64,000 nucleotides of DNA from Octopus sinensis (taxonomy: Eukaryota), in NCBI RefSeq assembly GCF_006345805.1, contig NC_042998.1:139996001-140060000 (forward strand), written 5' to 3'. Below the pieces are notes generated by a model. The model saw only the letters and a list, made by a program, of their open reading frames with translations, ran no database searches and was not told the DNA's origin. Of this stretch, positions 12,012 to 23,440 are shown piece by piece (the first letter of the stretch is position 1; every line of letters begins with the position of its first letter). The position numbers and the translations under genes were made by a program.

Positions 12012-13282
12012 TTGGATCATCCCATAAATATTGCATGAACTAAAAGTTAGAGGAGAACGGGATAAACTACCTGCATCACCATGCTATAAAAGCAGGTAGT
12101 AATTTTACCTTGTCCTTATTCTTAGTGCAAGTTTGAGGAATACAGTTAGATTTTAACAGTTATATTTTCAAAGCTATAATGTAAGTGGCAAAAGAGCATA
12201 TTCAGCATATTTTGCTTTATGAGTTCAATAAAGGCAACAATGCAATGGAAAGTGTGAGGAATATTAATGCAGTATATGGGGATCGGACAATAAGCATAAA
12301 CCAGTGTCAACAGTGGTTCCAGAAATTCTGAGCCACAAACTACAGCCTAGAAGATGAGCCTTCTCTTGGAAGATCTGTAGAGCTTGACAAGAATGTCCTG
12401 CAAATTCTGGTGGAACAAAATCCCATCCTAACTGTTGAGAAACTAACAAAGAAGCTTGAATTTGGTCATTCAAGCACCATCAACACTTGAGTGCTATTGG
12501 AAACATCAGCAAATTAGACCAATGGGCTCCTCACAAACTTTCCAAGTTTAATCGCATGCAGAGAGTGAATGTGTTCTGTTCTTTGCTGTCATGTCTCACG
12601 AATGAACTGTTTTTGAGCCGAACAGTAACTGGTGACAAGAAATAGGTTCTCTATAAAACTGTCAAGCTCTGAAGACAGTGGGTAAGGAAATGAGAAACAC
12701 CAACACCCCAAGCTACAAAAGGTCTTCACTCCATAAGGTGTTGTTATCTGTTTAGTGGGATATGAAAGGTTTTGTCCACTTTGAACTTTTAAACCCAACC
12801 CAAACAATAACAAAGGAGATCTACTGTGAGCAACTTGAGCAGCTTAAGTCAGCACTAGAAGGAAAATGACCATCTTCGGACTCAAGACAAAAGGTATTCT
12901 TCTATGTGGATTATGCTTAGCCACATACAGCAAGGATAACATTCCAAAAGCTGGAACAGTTGGAGTGGGAAACAATGTCCTCCCCCCCCACCATATTGGC
13001 CAGAAATTGTCCCATCTGATTATCATTTGTTCCACAGTCTTCAAAATCATTTAGACAGAAAAAATATGAATTCTATAGACGCGGTTAGAAAAATAGTGGA
13101 GGAGTATTTTTCGTCACAGACAAGTGAATTTTGCAAGAGGGGCCTTGCAAGTCACTAAATAGTGGAACAGTACTGTTGGAAATGAAGGAGAGTATATTTT
13201 AGATTAAAAAAGAACTTTGTTTATCTTAATTTTGAAAACTAAAAGAAGTATAAAAAACTGCATTATTTATGGGATGACCCAA
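12012..13282 (+). mobile_element. Full-length inactive mariner (DD34D-type) transposon
   Basis: TA TSDs (12010-11, 13283-84); TIRs TTGG(A/G)TCATCCCATAAATA; pseudo-transposase 12179-13207 with QWAPHKL, VTGDKK, DYA*PH, PPYWPEIVPSDYHLF and NEGEYILD*; multiple stops and frameshifts. Confidence 0.93.
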
Positions 13283-13328
13283 TATTTTACTTTATGAACT
13301 TGTGCTGTGCTTTTTTTCAATTTTACAG

Positions 13329-13428
13329 ATCTTGGATCGTAAAAATGCAGAAATTGAAGAACTGAAAACAAATTTCAATGAAAAAAGAAGTGAGCTTGAA
13401 GAAATTTTATTTAAATTAGAAAATGAAG
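13329..13428 (+). CDS. CEP112: CEP112-like exon b (ILDRKNAEIEELKTNFNEKRSELEEILFKLENE)
   Basis: ttttacag acceptor, GTGAG donor, 100 nt, phase 0/1. Confidence 0.92.
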
Positions 13429-13468
13429 GTGAGTATATGTAGAGAATCGTCATCATTATTATTGTAAC

Positions 13469-13907
13469 CCCTTTAGGATTTAAACTAGCCATATTTGGCT
13501 GAAATATTATTTTACCAGTTTGATGTTCAAACAGGTTAGATCCAACCTCTCATGCCTACCATACAATGTAATTCTAAAAATAAACAATCAAATAATTGAG
13601 ATCTCAAATCTACAAGAAAATACATGATTAATTCAAAGCAATAGGAATAAATTATCTTTCATCATCATCTTCCTCATCATTTAACATCTGTTTTCCATGC
13701 TGGCATGGGTTGGCGGGTTTGACAGGAATTGGCCAGCTGGAGAGCTGTCCAGACTCCAGTTGTCTGTTTTGGCATGGTGTGTACAACTGGATGTCCTTCC
13801 TAATGCCAACCACTTTACAGAGTGTGCTGGGTGCTTTTTATGTGCCACCAACACGGGTTTGTTTACATGACATTAATGTTTTAGAGAGTAATGTAAATGC
13901 TAAAGGG
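13469..13907 (+). mobile_element. piggyBac-type MITE (second family) with nested SINE C
   Basis: TIR CCCTTTAG(G/C)ATTTA; right TTAA at 13908-11; SINE C at about 13660-13865 inside; related inverted partial copy at about 41910-42089 ending AAAAGG-TTAA. Confidence 0.7.
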
Positions 13908-14851
13908 TTAACATCTACTTTACCATGTTTGCATGGGTTGGATGGATCAAATTAATTGAGGTAGATTTTCAACAGCCACATGCCCTTCCTTTCACCTACC
14001 CTCATCTGTTTCCATGCAAAATAATATTTTCCCCATGGCCAGACATGTTTTTTCAGAATATTTCTTCATTGCCCACAGGGGGCTAAACATAGAAAGGACA
14101 AACAAGGAGAGACAAAGGGATTAAGTCAATTACATCAACCCCAGTGTGTAACTGGTACTTATTTAACTGACTCTGAAAAGATGAAAGGCAAAGTCGACCT
14201 CAGCAGAATTTGAACTCAGAACATAATGGCAGACGAAATACTGCTAAGCATTTTGCCTGGCATGCTAACGATTTTGCCAGCTCGCCGCCCTATATTTGCA
14301 GAATATTAGAAATGAACGACTCTGCTTGTATGACAGTGACAATCATTTACAACTCTATTACATGATGTAAAAACAAAGAAAAACAAATATATACATACTC
14401 ACACTTGCATACACACACACACGTACACTACCACATATGTGCGTGTGTGTGTTTGTATGTCGCTGAGTGGTAAGAAGTTTGCTTCTCAACCGCATGGTTC
14501 TGGGTTCAGTCCCACTGTGTGACACCTTGGGCAAATGTCTTCTGCTAAAGCCCTGAGCTGACCAAAGCTTTGTGAGTGAATTTGGTGGATGGAAACTGAA
14601 AGAAGCCTGCCATATATTTGTGTGTGTGAGTTTATGTTTATCCTCTCACTACTTGACAACCAGTGCTGGTTTGCATACCAGACTTTAAAAGCTAAGCATT
14701 GGGGTCAATTTAATTTGACTAAACTCCTTCAGAGGTGGTTCCCCAGCATAGTCACAATCCACTGACTGAAAAAAGTGAAAGATAAAAAAAAAAAAGAAGA
14801 TAAAGATTAATTTTATTGTTACTTGGGAGAATTATAGAAAAATTAATCAAC

Positions 14852-14947
14852 TCTGAACAATAAGCCATCTTGTTTGTCAGTGTCATTTAATTGTTTGGAT
14901 CTGAATAATAAACCATCTTGTTTGTCAGTGTCATTTAATTGTCTGGA
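14852..14947 (+). repeat. 48-bp tandem duplication
   Basis: Two copies, 3 mismatches. Confidence 0.9.
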
Positions 14948-15826
14948 TTTGTCCCCTTCACTATTCAACAGCACATGATTTGACTTTGTATCACTGGAGT
15001 CAGTGAGGTGTTTCTGTGAAGTCACCTGACTTGCTACAAACAGCAACCAAATCCTATACCCTCACATCTTGAAAAAAAAAAGATGATATTAATAATGAGC
15101 ATATAGTATATAGTATTATGAGGATGCATGGTGTAGTGGTTAGGGTGTTGCACTCACAGTCACGAGATCATGGTTTCAATTCCCTGACTAGGTGGTTCAT
15201 TGTGTTCTTGAGCAAAACACTTCATCTCATGTTGCTCTACGATCACTTTGACACCTGATGTGTGGGACACAAGTGCACCTGTTCAGACAACATCAATTTG
15301 ATGGAGAGAGTGAACTAATGTGTGGCACATACATTCGATCACTATAAACAAATCATTTATGCATGTCATTCAGCAAAAATTAAACACTCATACACCGTCT
15401 TTGGCAGGAGAGTCCATTATTGCATATAGTACTCAGGTACACTACAACTTGTCAAAAAAGGATTAAGGGAGAGGATAGAAAGCAGGTATGCAAGTCAAAT
15501 AAAGCAAATAAAGAAAGTTGGTAATGAAAGCTAGAAGTATATGCACAGTAGATACAATAAAAACAGAAAATGGGAAGTAAAAGGCTATAAAATAGGAGGG
15601 GTGCATAGGCAGTAGTTTTTGTGAATTTCAGGGAGCATGGAATTTTTGAAAAGTAGTTTATTCCATACTTCAATAATTTTGCACATGAATAAAACGTTTC
15701 TGGAATTCATAAATGCTGTACTGTTTTTTTGATTTTGTAAGCATGTCCATGAGTGGCAGAGGTATTAAATTCAAAAGGACAGCCAAATTTAGATACAGTG
15801 GATAATGTGTTTCTAAGTGAACTGTG

Positions 15827-16153
15827 AAGGCACATGGCTCAGTGCTTAGAGCATCAGGATCACAATCATGAGGTAATGAGTTGGATTTCCAGACTGGGCT
15901 TTTGTGTTCTTGAGTAAAAAAAACTCTGTATTTCACATTCCAGTTCACTCAGCTGCAGCAATGAGTTGCAACATCACTGGTGTCAAGCTGTATTGGCCTT
16001 TGTCTTTCCCTTGGATAACATCACTGGTGTGAAGAGTGGAGGCTGGTATGCATGGGAAACTTCCATAAACAACCTTGCCTGGACTAGTATTTTGGAGGGG
16101 AACTTTCTAGGTGCAATCCCATAGTCATTCATGACCAAAGAGGGTTTTTACCC
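15827..16153 (+). mobile_element. tRNA-derived SINE family D, full length
   Basis: 17-bp TSD TTTCTA(A/G)GTGAACTGTG (15810-26, 16154-70); A-box TGGCTCAGTG; other copies at 21634-21962, 40859-41190 (B-box GTTCGATTCC) and 25487-25810(-). Confidence 0.85.
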
Positions 16154-16456
16154 TTTCTAGGTGAACTGTGTCTAAGAAACGGATGAGAACTGTGTCTGAG
16201 AAATGGATGGTCATGGCTGGCATGTCTTTGATCATAGGCCAGATTAATCAAGGCTGACCTAAGGTTAAGTGTTCTAGTTACTCATATTTATAAAATGGAT
16301 ATCACTGGTGAACTCCCACAATACAGAACAAATATTATATTCATTCTGAGAGATAATATTAAACGTCTGTTAGAACAAACTATACTGTGGTAGGTACCAT
16401 GAGAGAAACTCTCATACTGGCTTTTTTATATAAAATGCACTCATGTTTACAGTTAT

Positions 16457-16702
16457 TAGTTTGTTCTGACAGGACATCCACATTTAAGTGGGGATAAATA
16501 TTACCTCTTGATATTAATTCTACCTCTGTCATTAATAAATATTTTTAACAAGCCCACTGGCTAATCAGGACACCAGCATCTGTTCCGGGACTGTCATTCT
16601 ATATATTGCTGGCAGGGAGATGAATCACTGCTATCTCTAGTGGTTGCATGTCCATCATTGACAAGACCAAGAAAGGTCGAAATCATGTGATCTGATGGTC
16701 TC
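16457..16702 (+). repeat. 246-bp direct repeat, copy 1 (hammerhead-bearing, pLTR/retrozyme-like)
   Basis: Ungapped match to 17617-17862 with 5 substitutions (about 98%). Confidence 0.92.
16652..16698 (+). ncRNA. Type I hammerhead ribozyme, U3-A8 core variant (copy 1)
   Basis: Stem I CCATCA(16652-57)/TGATGG(16693-98); core TTGACAA(16658-64); stem II GACC/GGTC with AAGAAA loop; GAAA(16679-82); stem III ATCA-TG-TGAT; predicted cleavage after AUC, C16692. Confidence 0.8.
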
Positions 16703-17016
16703 AGTGCTGGTGGTGGCAAAGATCTATCTCTCTGCCAACAATATAAACAGTATAATTTGCACCAAAAAGCTGATATGAGAGTATAGTTTGTTCTTACAAA
16801 ACATTCCCATTTAAGTGGGGATAATTATTACCTCTTGGCATTAATACTGTCTCTCTTTTGCTAATAAATATATTCATTCTACCCTGCAGAAGTCAGTGGT
16901 GATATACATAATAAAATGTGTTAAAATGTTCATTATACCTCCATTTATGGATTTTTATTTTCATTTATTTATAATTTTTTTTGTCCAGGTTATATCTCAT
17001 CTCAAATTATATAAGC

Positions 17017-17436
17017 CAGTGTTTCTCAACCATTTTTTTGCCTATGCAATGTTTTGATTCCTATTTTATTCAAATGACCTTCCAAGCCAATTGATGTTTA
17101 AAAAAACATATTATGATCATTATTATCGTCATTTAATGTCCACCTTCCATGCTGGCATGGGTTGGATGGTTTGACAGGAGCTGGCCAGACAGAAGACAGC
17201 ACCAGACTTCTGTGTATGTTTTGGCATGGTTTTTATAGCTGGATGCTCTTCTTAACACCAACCACCCATCAGAATGAACTTTTTATGAATAAATATCATT
17301 AGGAATTATATTTTAAAAATTGTTAAAAATATTTTGTATATTATAGAAGTATAACCAATTTATTGCTGATAAATTTTAACCACAAAATCGCGTATGGACC
17401 CCCAAGGAAAATAAAGATCCTTGTTGGGAACCACTA
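17017..17436. mobile_element. hAT (Charlie-like) MITE with nested SINE C fragment
   Basis: Perfect 8-bp TSD ATATAAGC (17009-16, 17437-44); TIR CAGTGTTTCTCAAC / GTTGGGAACCACTA (11/14); SINE C at about 17115-17275. Confidence 0.85.
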
Positions 17437-17616
17437 ATATAAGCCTTAATGGTTTCTTTTTCACAATTTATTTTATGGAGGACAGCACCCTGATTACAGA
17501 TAGGGTGACTTGCAGCCTTCTTACCAGATCCTATCTCAGCTTCTTTTGATTCAAATTGAAAACCTTCTGAGAAATACAAGGGAGGACATGTTCTGTACAC
17601 TTTGTTTATATTGTTA

Positions 17617-17862
17617 TAGTTTGTTCTGACAGGACATCCACAATTAAGTGGGGATAAATATTACCTCTTGATATTAATTCTACCTCTGTCATTAATAAAT
17701 ATTTTTAACAAGCCCACTGGCTAATCATGACACCAGTGTCTGTTCCAGGACTGTCATTCTATATATTGCTGGCAGGGAGATGAATCACTGCTATCTCTAG
17801 TGGTTGCATGTCCATCATTGACAAGACCAAGAAAGGTCGAAATCATGTGATCTGATGGTCTC
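17617..17862 (+). repeat. 246-bp direct repeat, copy 2
   Basis: See copy 1. A diverged partial third copy lacking the ribozyme is at about 16784-16873. Confidence 0.92.
17812..17858 (+). ncRNA. Type I hammerhead ribozyme, U3-A8 core variant (copy 2)
   Basis: Identical to copy 1 at offset +1160; predicted cleavage after C17852. Confidence 0.8.
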
Positions 17863-17977
17863 TGCTGGCAGTTCTAAGATTCAAATAATGTAATTTGAAC
17901 CACAGATGTGAGGATCCATATAAAAACATCACCATTGAGAGACACTAGTAACTCCCATGGTATATTAAGAATAGAGT

Positions 17978-18276
17978 GAAGGCACATGGCTTAGTGGTTA
18001 AGGTATTTGGTTCATGATCGCAAGGTCATGAGTTCAGTTCTCAGTAGCATGGTGTCCTTGAGCAAGACACTTTATTTCATGTTGTTTCAGTTCATTCATC
18101 TAGCAAAAATGACCAGCCTTATCACATTCTGTGTTATGCTGAATCTCCCTGAGAACTACGTTAAGGGTACATGTTTCTGTGAAGTGCTCAGCCACTTGCA
18201 TGTTAATTTCACAAACGGCTGTTCCATTGATTGGATCAACTGGAACTCTTGTTGTCATAAACAACAGAGTGCCAGT
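17978..18276 (+). mobile_element. tRNA-derived SINE with D-like head and a distinct tail (family F)
   Basis: Perfect 15-bp TSD TATTAAGAATAGAGT (17963-77, 18277-91); head GGCACATGGCTTAGTGG. Confidence 0.85.
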
Positions 18277-18768
18277 TATTAAGAATAGAGTATGGAGAGC
18301 CATTTCTCATGGTGGGCAAAGTGTTCGACGACAACACCAATAACTTTATATCATTTGCTGCCATACAGAGATTATTGAAGTATTGGTACATTTTGTTAAG
18401 TTTCCCACTATACAGTTGATAATACTATGTATAATATACGTACGTACATAAATATGTAAGTATATTGCTACTATAAAAACTACAAGTGGATGTGAAATGA
18501 CACCTTGTAAAACATAAATTTGACTAACGTAGCACCTTCTGTCACTGATGTTGCAGTGTGTGTGTGTGTGGAAGGAGTGGGGACAGCTATATGTAAATGT
18601 TTCTAACATCTTGTGTTATAAAATGCAACCATGAAATACTACTACTACCATCACCACCAATAATACTAATAATTATAATGATAGTAATGATAATAATATT
18701 GCTGCTGCGACACACATATCTATATATATATATATATTTGTATATTTTTGTGTATATGTGTGCATGTA

Positions 18769-18805
<37 letters not shown>

Positions 18806-18947
18806 TAGAAAGATAAAGAGAAAGAGAGAGAGAGAGCATTAAAAATATTCTCTTGTTATCTTCAACTAAATGAAGTATTATTATCTTTCATTGATTTCTT
18901 TTATTTATTTATTATTGTTTTTGTTTTGTTTTTGTTGTTCTTTTTAG

Positions 18948-19066
18948 TGAAATCACTGAAACTGGAAATAGAAAAAACAAAAGAGAGCAAAGATAAACAG
19001 ATTGAAGAGTTGAAGAAAGAAATGGAAAATATGTATCAGATGAAGAAAAATGAATGTGACCAGAAA
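18948..19066 (+). CDS. CEP112: CEP112-like exon c ([40 protein letters not shown])
   Basis: T-rich tract + TAG acceptor, GTGAG donor, 119 nt, phase 1/0. Confidence 0.9.
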
Positions 19067-19084
19067 GTGAGTCTCTTCTTTTTC

Positions 19085-19208
19085 TTTGAGACTATATATA
19101 TATATATATACATACACACACACATACATACATACATACATACATACATACATACATACATACATACATACATACATACATACATACACATGTGTGTGTG
19201 TTTGTGTT

Positions 19209-19270
<62 letters not shown>

Positions 19271-19389
19271 ATATGTATTTATGTGTGTGTGTTTGTGTAT
19301 ATATGTATATACATATGTATTTATATGTATATATATGTATATACATATGTGTATATATATATATGTATGTATCTATATATATATGTGTA

Positions 19390-19444
<55 letters not shown>

Positions 19445-19458
19445 GTGCATATATATAC

Positions 19459-19500
<42 letters not shown>
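19085..19500. repeat. Compound microsatellite (TA)n/(CATA)n/(TG)n
   Basis: Direct inspection; source of many spurious ORFs. Confidence 0.95.
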
Positions 19501-22500
19501 TAATAAAATATCAATAGGTATGTCTTAATATTTCAGCACTGTTATAGTAATTGATAAGATAGAGTTTGAAATGGCTAAGTATATCTTACAAAACAGGTGG
19601 TTTATATATTAGACTCGTTGGCACATGTTATTGCATCTTCTTCTAAAGAAGATAAAGTCAATCTCTTAACTTTTAACTCATAATTTTGTGTTGGTTGGGA
19701 AAAAGAAGAACAAGAAGAAGAAGACTGATATAATCATAAGAGTTCAAAGGGAAAAGTTTATTGTCAGGTTTGTAGTTGAGGCATAATGATATTCTGTCTT
19801 GTCTCTGTGTTGTTTGTAATGGACTGAAGTGTTGTAAAAACATTTCACAGAATCAGTATTGAAGACTCCAGCTTGGAGCTAACTTTCAACTGACATGAAA
19901 CCGCTCAGTGATATAAATATTCCTATGGCATTATAGATGTTAATGTAAACCTGTTTTCTTTTTTTTTTTTTTTGAAAGGTATGACATTGAACAACAATCA
20001 GATTAATTATAAACTGTGGCTCACTCAATGTGCATCCTTGCTTCAATGAGTGATGTAGAGCCTGTGATCTCTGAAAAATATAATATCTGTCAGACAAAAC
20101 CTGATGTTACTGCACTCATTATGAGCTTTCTTAAGAAAGCTGTTAGTCTGTTTTTTCTCGCAGGTAATTGGTTTAAACTAAGAAAGAATTAATACACTTC
20201 AAGTTGAAAATATACTTTTTTTGGTTGGAAGTGGAAGTTAGCTTAATTATTGATTTCAAATCTTGACACAAGGCCAGCAATTTCAGAGGTGTTGGTAAGT
20301 CAATTACATTGACCCTAGTGCTCAACTGGTACTTATTTTATCAACCCCAAAATGGATGAATGGTAAAGTCAACCTCAGTGGAATTTGAACTCAGAATGTG
20401 AAGATGAACTGAATGCCACTAAACATTTCACCTGGCATGCTACCAATTCTGCCAGCTCGCTGAGTAGTTAGCTTAATTATTGAAAACAAGAAGTGTAATA
20501 TAGCAATTTCTGTATCTAATTCAATTCAGATGCATCATGAAAAGCCAAATTAAATGCAGTATTTGTCTGGAGAAAGTAACTTTTATTGTTATACAGTATT
20601 AAATGACAAAAAATAATATCAGTAGCAGTTGAAAGATGTTCAACAGTGGTGGTGAGAATGGTAGTTACTCATTTCTATCTTTTTGAACTTCATCATTGGC
20701 AACCACAGGCTAAGACAAAATCCATCATCATTGATACAGGAAAACTGATTGAAGAGATATTATCTCCAGATGATTACCACAGTTGATTTGGCTTTCCATT
20801 ATGTACACATATTACTATTTTTATTAATATTTCTGTTGCACATAATGAATTTTTATTCAGCTGGCTAGCTAATTGCAACATCAGTGACAATGGATTTTGT
20901 TTTAACATGCAGTTGCCAGTAGCTGCTTGATACTGAGGAATCCCAAGAAGACAGTAATGTGCAATTAGAATTATCACCACTGCAACTGAATAATCTTCAT
21001 CTACTACTGATATATTTTTGTGTTTCTTTTAACAATGTATGTCTATAAGAGATATTATCTCAGAATGAATACTACAACTAATGATGTATCTGCATTAAAT
21101 ATGATACAGTGATTGCTATTTCAAACCAATACTGCTTCAGTTGCACATAGCAAAAGAAGAAAAGGAGAGAAGTAAAAAGAGTTATGTAAGAGATCATGAG
21201 GCAATGTTTGTGAAGCTAAGATGCTCATCTACAGGCCATGTAGTCCTGAGTTCAAATTTTTATTAATAGAAGCATTGCGTTGTCTCATAAGCAAGACATC
21301 TAACACATGATCCTGCTTGGTCCAGTTTACTTGACTGACTGCAGGTATGGCTGTGTAGTTAGAAAGTTGTCTGCTTCATGACTATGTGGTTCTAGATTTG
21401 CTCCCACCACGCTGCACCTTAGGCAAGTGTCTTCTACTGAAAATAGCTGAGCTACAAGTGGTGATGTTTGTTGTCATTACCACTGTCAACAAATTGTTTG
21501 CTGGTTTGGTGCCTTTGGAGACATGTGGAATAAGGGATTTTTTAATTGAAAAAACATGGAAAAAACAATATGTAAAAAGGTCAAATATTATACATGTATA
21601 TATACATGTGTTTGTGTTCTTATTTTCTTGCATGGCTCAGTGTTAGAGTGTCGGGCTCACAAACATGAGGTAGTGAGTTTGATTCTTGGACCAGACTGTG
21701 TGTTGTGTTCTTGTGCAAAACACTTTATTTCATGTTGCTCCAGTTCACTCAGCTGTAGGAAGGAGTTCGATGTCACTGATGCCAAGCTGTTTTGGCATTT
21801 GCCTTCCCCTTGGATAACATTGGTGGCATGGAGAGGTGGGGCTTGTATGCATGGCCAACTGCTGGTCTTCCATAAACAACCTTGTCTGAACTTGTGCCTT
21901 GGAGGGGAACTTTCCAGGTGCAATCCCATGGTTATTCATGACCAAAGGGGATCTTTACCCTTTCTAAGTATACAAACACAATCATCATACAATATGTGTT
22001 GTTTTTGTGCAATTTTTCATGGAAGCATATCTGAATTAGGAGAAATATTACCTTACTTAGAAACAGGTGATGATCGGCGACAGGAAAAGTATCCAGCCAT
22101 AGAAAATCTGCTTCAACAAATTTTGTTGATCCTTGGATGCATGGAAAAGTCATCATTAAAACAATGATGATGTTGATAATGATGTGTGTCTGTATGCACG
22201 TGTGTCATTTTCCGCATGTATTTATTAACACCATCTGAGCACAAAAAAAAAATAAATAAAAAACCCCAAAACAGTGTTGTTGTTTGCTGTTTCTGGTAAG
22301 CAAAACAAGTGTTCCATAATTTCAGCTTTAGATGCATGAGGACTATTAGAATGCAAAAATAAATTAATAAATTGAAATTAATAATTAAAAAAAAGCTCAC
22401 CTTTTTTAACTTACTCAAAAAGCTACTAACAGTTGGCAACAAAAATAGGAAGAGCATTTGCTCATCTACCCTGCTACCCTTCCCATTTTGGCTGTCTGCT

Positions 22501-23169
22501 TCCCCATCCCCACATTCTCCTTCCCATACGACCTTGTGAGCTGATTCTTTAACTCAACCTTGTGGGGTGGGGCACCTTATTGCCATTATCAATGTCTTGC
22601 AACTACTGTTCATTCTCTCTTTCTCTCCTGTTCTCCTACTAGATTTGAGAAGCCATGCAGGTCCCCTAAAAGGAACCTCCACTGCTGCACTCCCCTTCTC
22701 ATTGTTTAATCCCTTCATCCCATGCCATGAAGCTGACCCACCCCCACTTTCAGGTTTGTAGTTCTGCAAGCTGCACAGGCACTTCAACAGTGCAAGGAGC
22801 ATTTAAAAAGCATCCAGCCCACACTGTAAAGTGGTTGGTTTAGGAAGGGCATCCAGTCATAGAAACCATGCCAAAACAGATGCTGGAGCACAATGCAGTC
22901 CTTGGACATATTGGATCCTATCAAAACCATTCAACCCATACTAGCATGGAACATGAACGATAAATGTTGATGATGATGATGATAATGATGAAGTTTTGTC
23001 TTAGCTATGCTAGTATGGAATATTGACTATAAAACTAAACAAATGAGCTGCAAAAATAAAATCCTCCAATGAAATTCTTCCACCCACCCATACTAGCAGA
23101 GATAAGTGCATGTAAGATGATGGTAGGAAGAAAAATAACAAAAACAAACAAAGAAAAAAATAAACATAG

Positions 23170-23353
23170 GTGCAGGCATAGCTGTGTGGTAAGAAGTTTG
23201 CTTCCCAACCACATTGTTCTGGATTCAGTCCACTGCATGGCACCTTGAGCAAGTGTTTTCTACTATAGTCTCAGGCTGACCGAAGTCTTGTGAGTGGATT
23301 GGTAGATGAAAACTGAATGAAGCCTGTCGTATATATCTATATCTATCTATCAA

Positions 23354-23440
<87 letters not shown>

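Noticed and set aside
15827-15900. tRNA-like sequences at SINE heads (also 21634, 40859, 17978, 15120)
   Set aside because: They continue into shared SINE bodies with TSDs and lack a complete cloverleaf; not tRNA genes
16457-17862. Interpretation as a canonical LTR retrotransposon
   Set aside because: No consistent TG..CA boundaries, no gag/pol remnant, no evident PBS or PPT
19086-19528. Long ORFs rich in Y/I/C/V/H/T (also 29028-29566, 30273-31772, 36242-36965, 47479-47874)
   Set aside because: Translations of (TA)n/(CA)n/(TG)n microsatellites; not genes
21556-22167. 203-aa ORF
   Set aside because: Runs through a microsatellite, SINE D and an inverted C-related SINE; chance open frame
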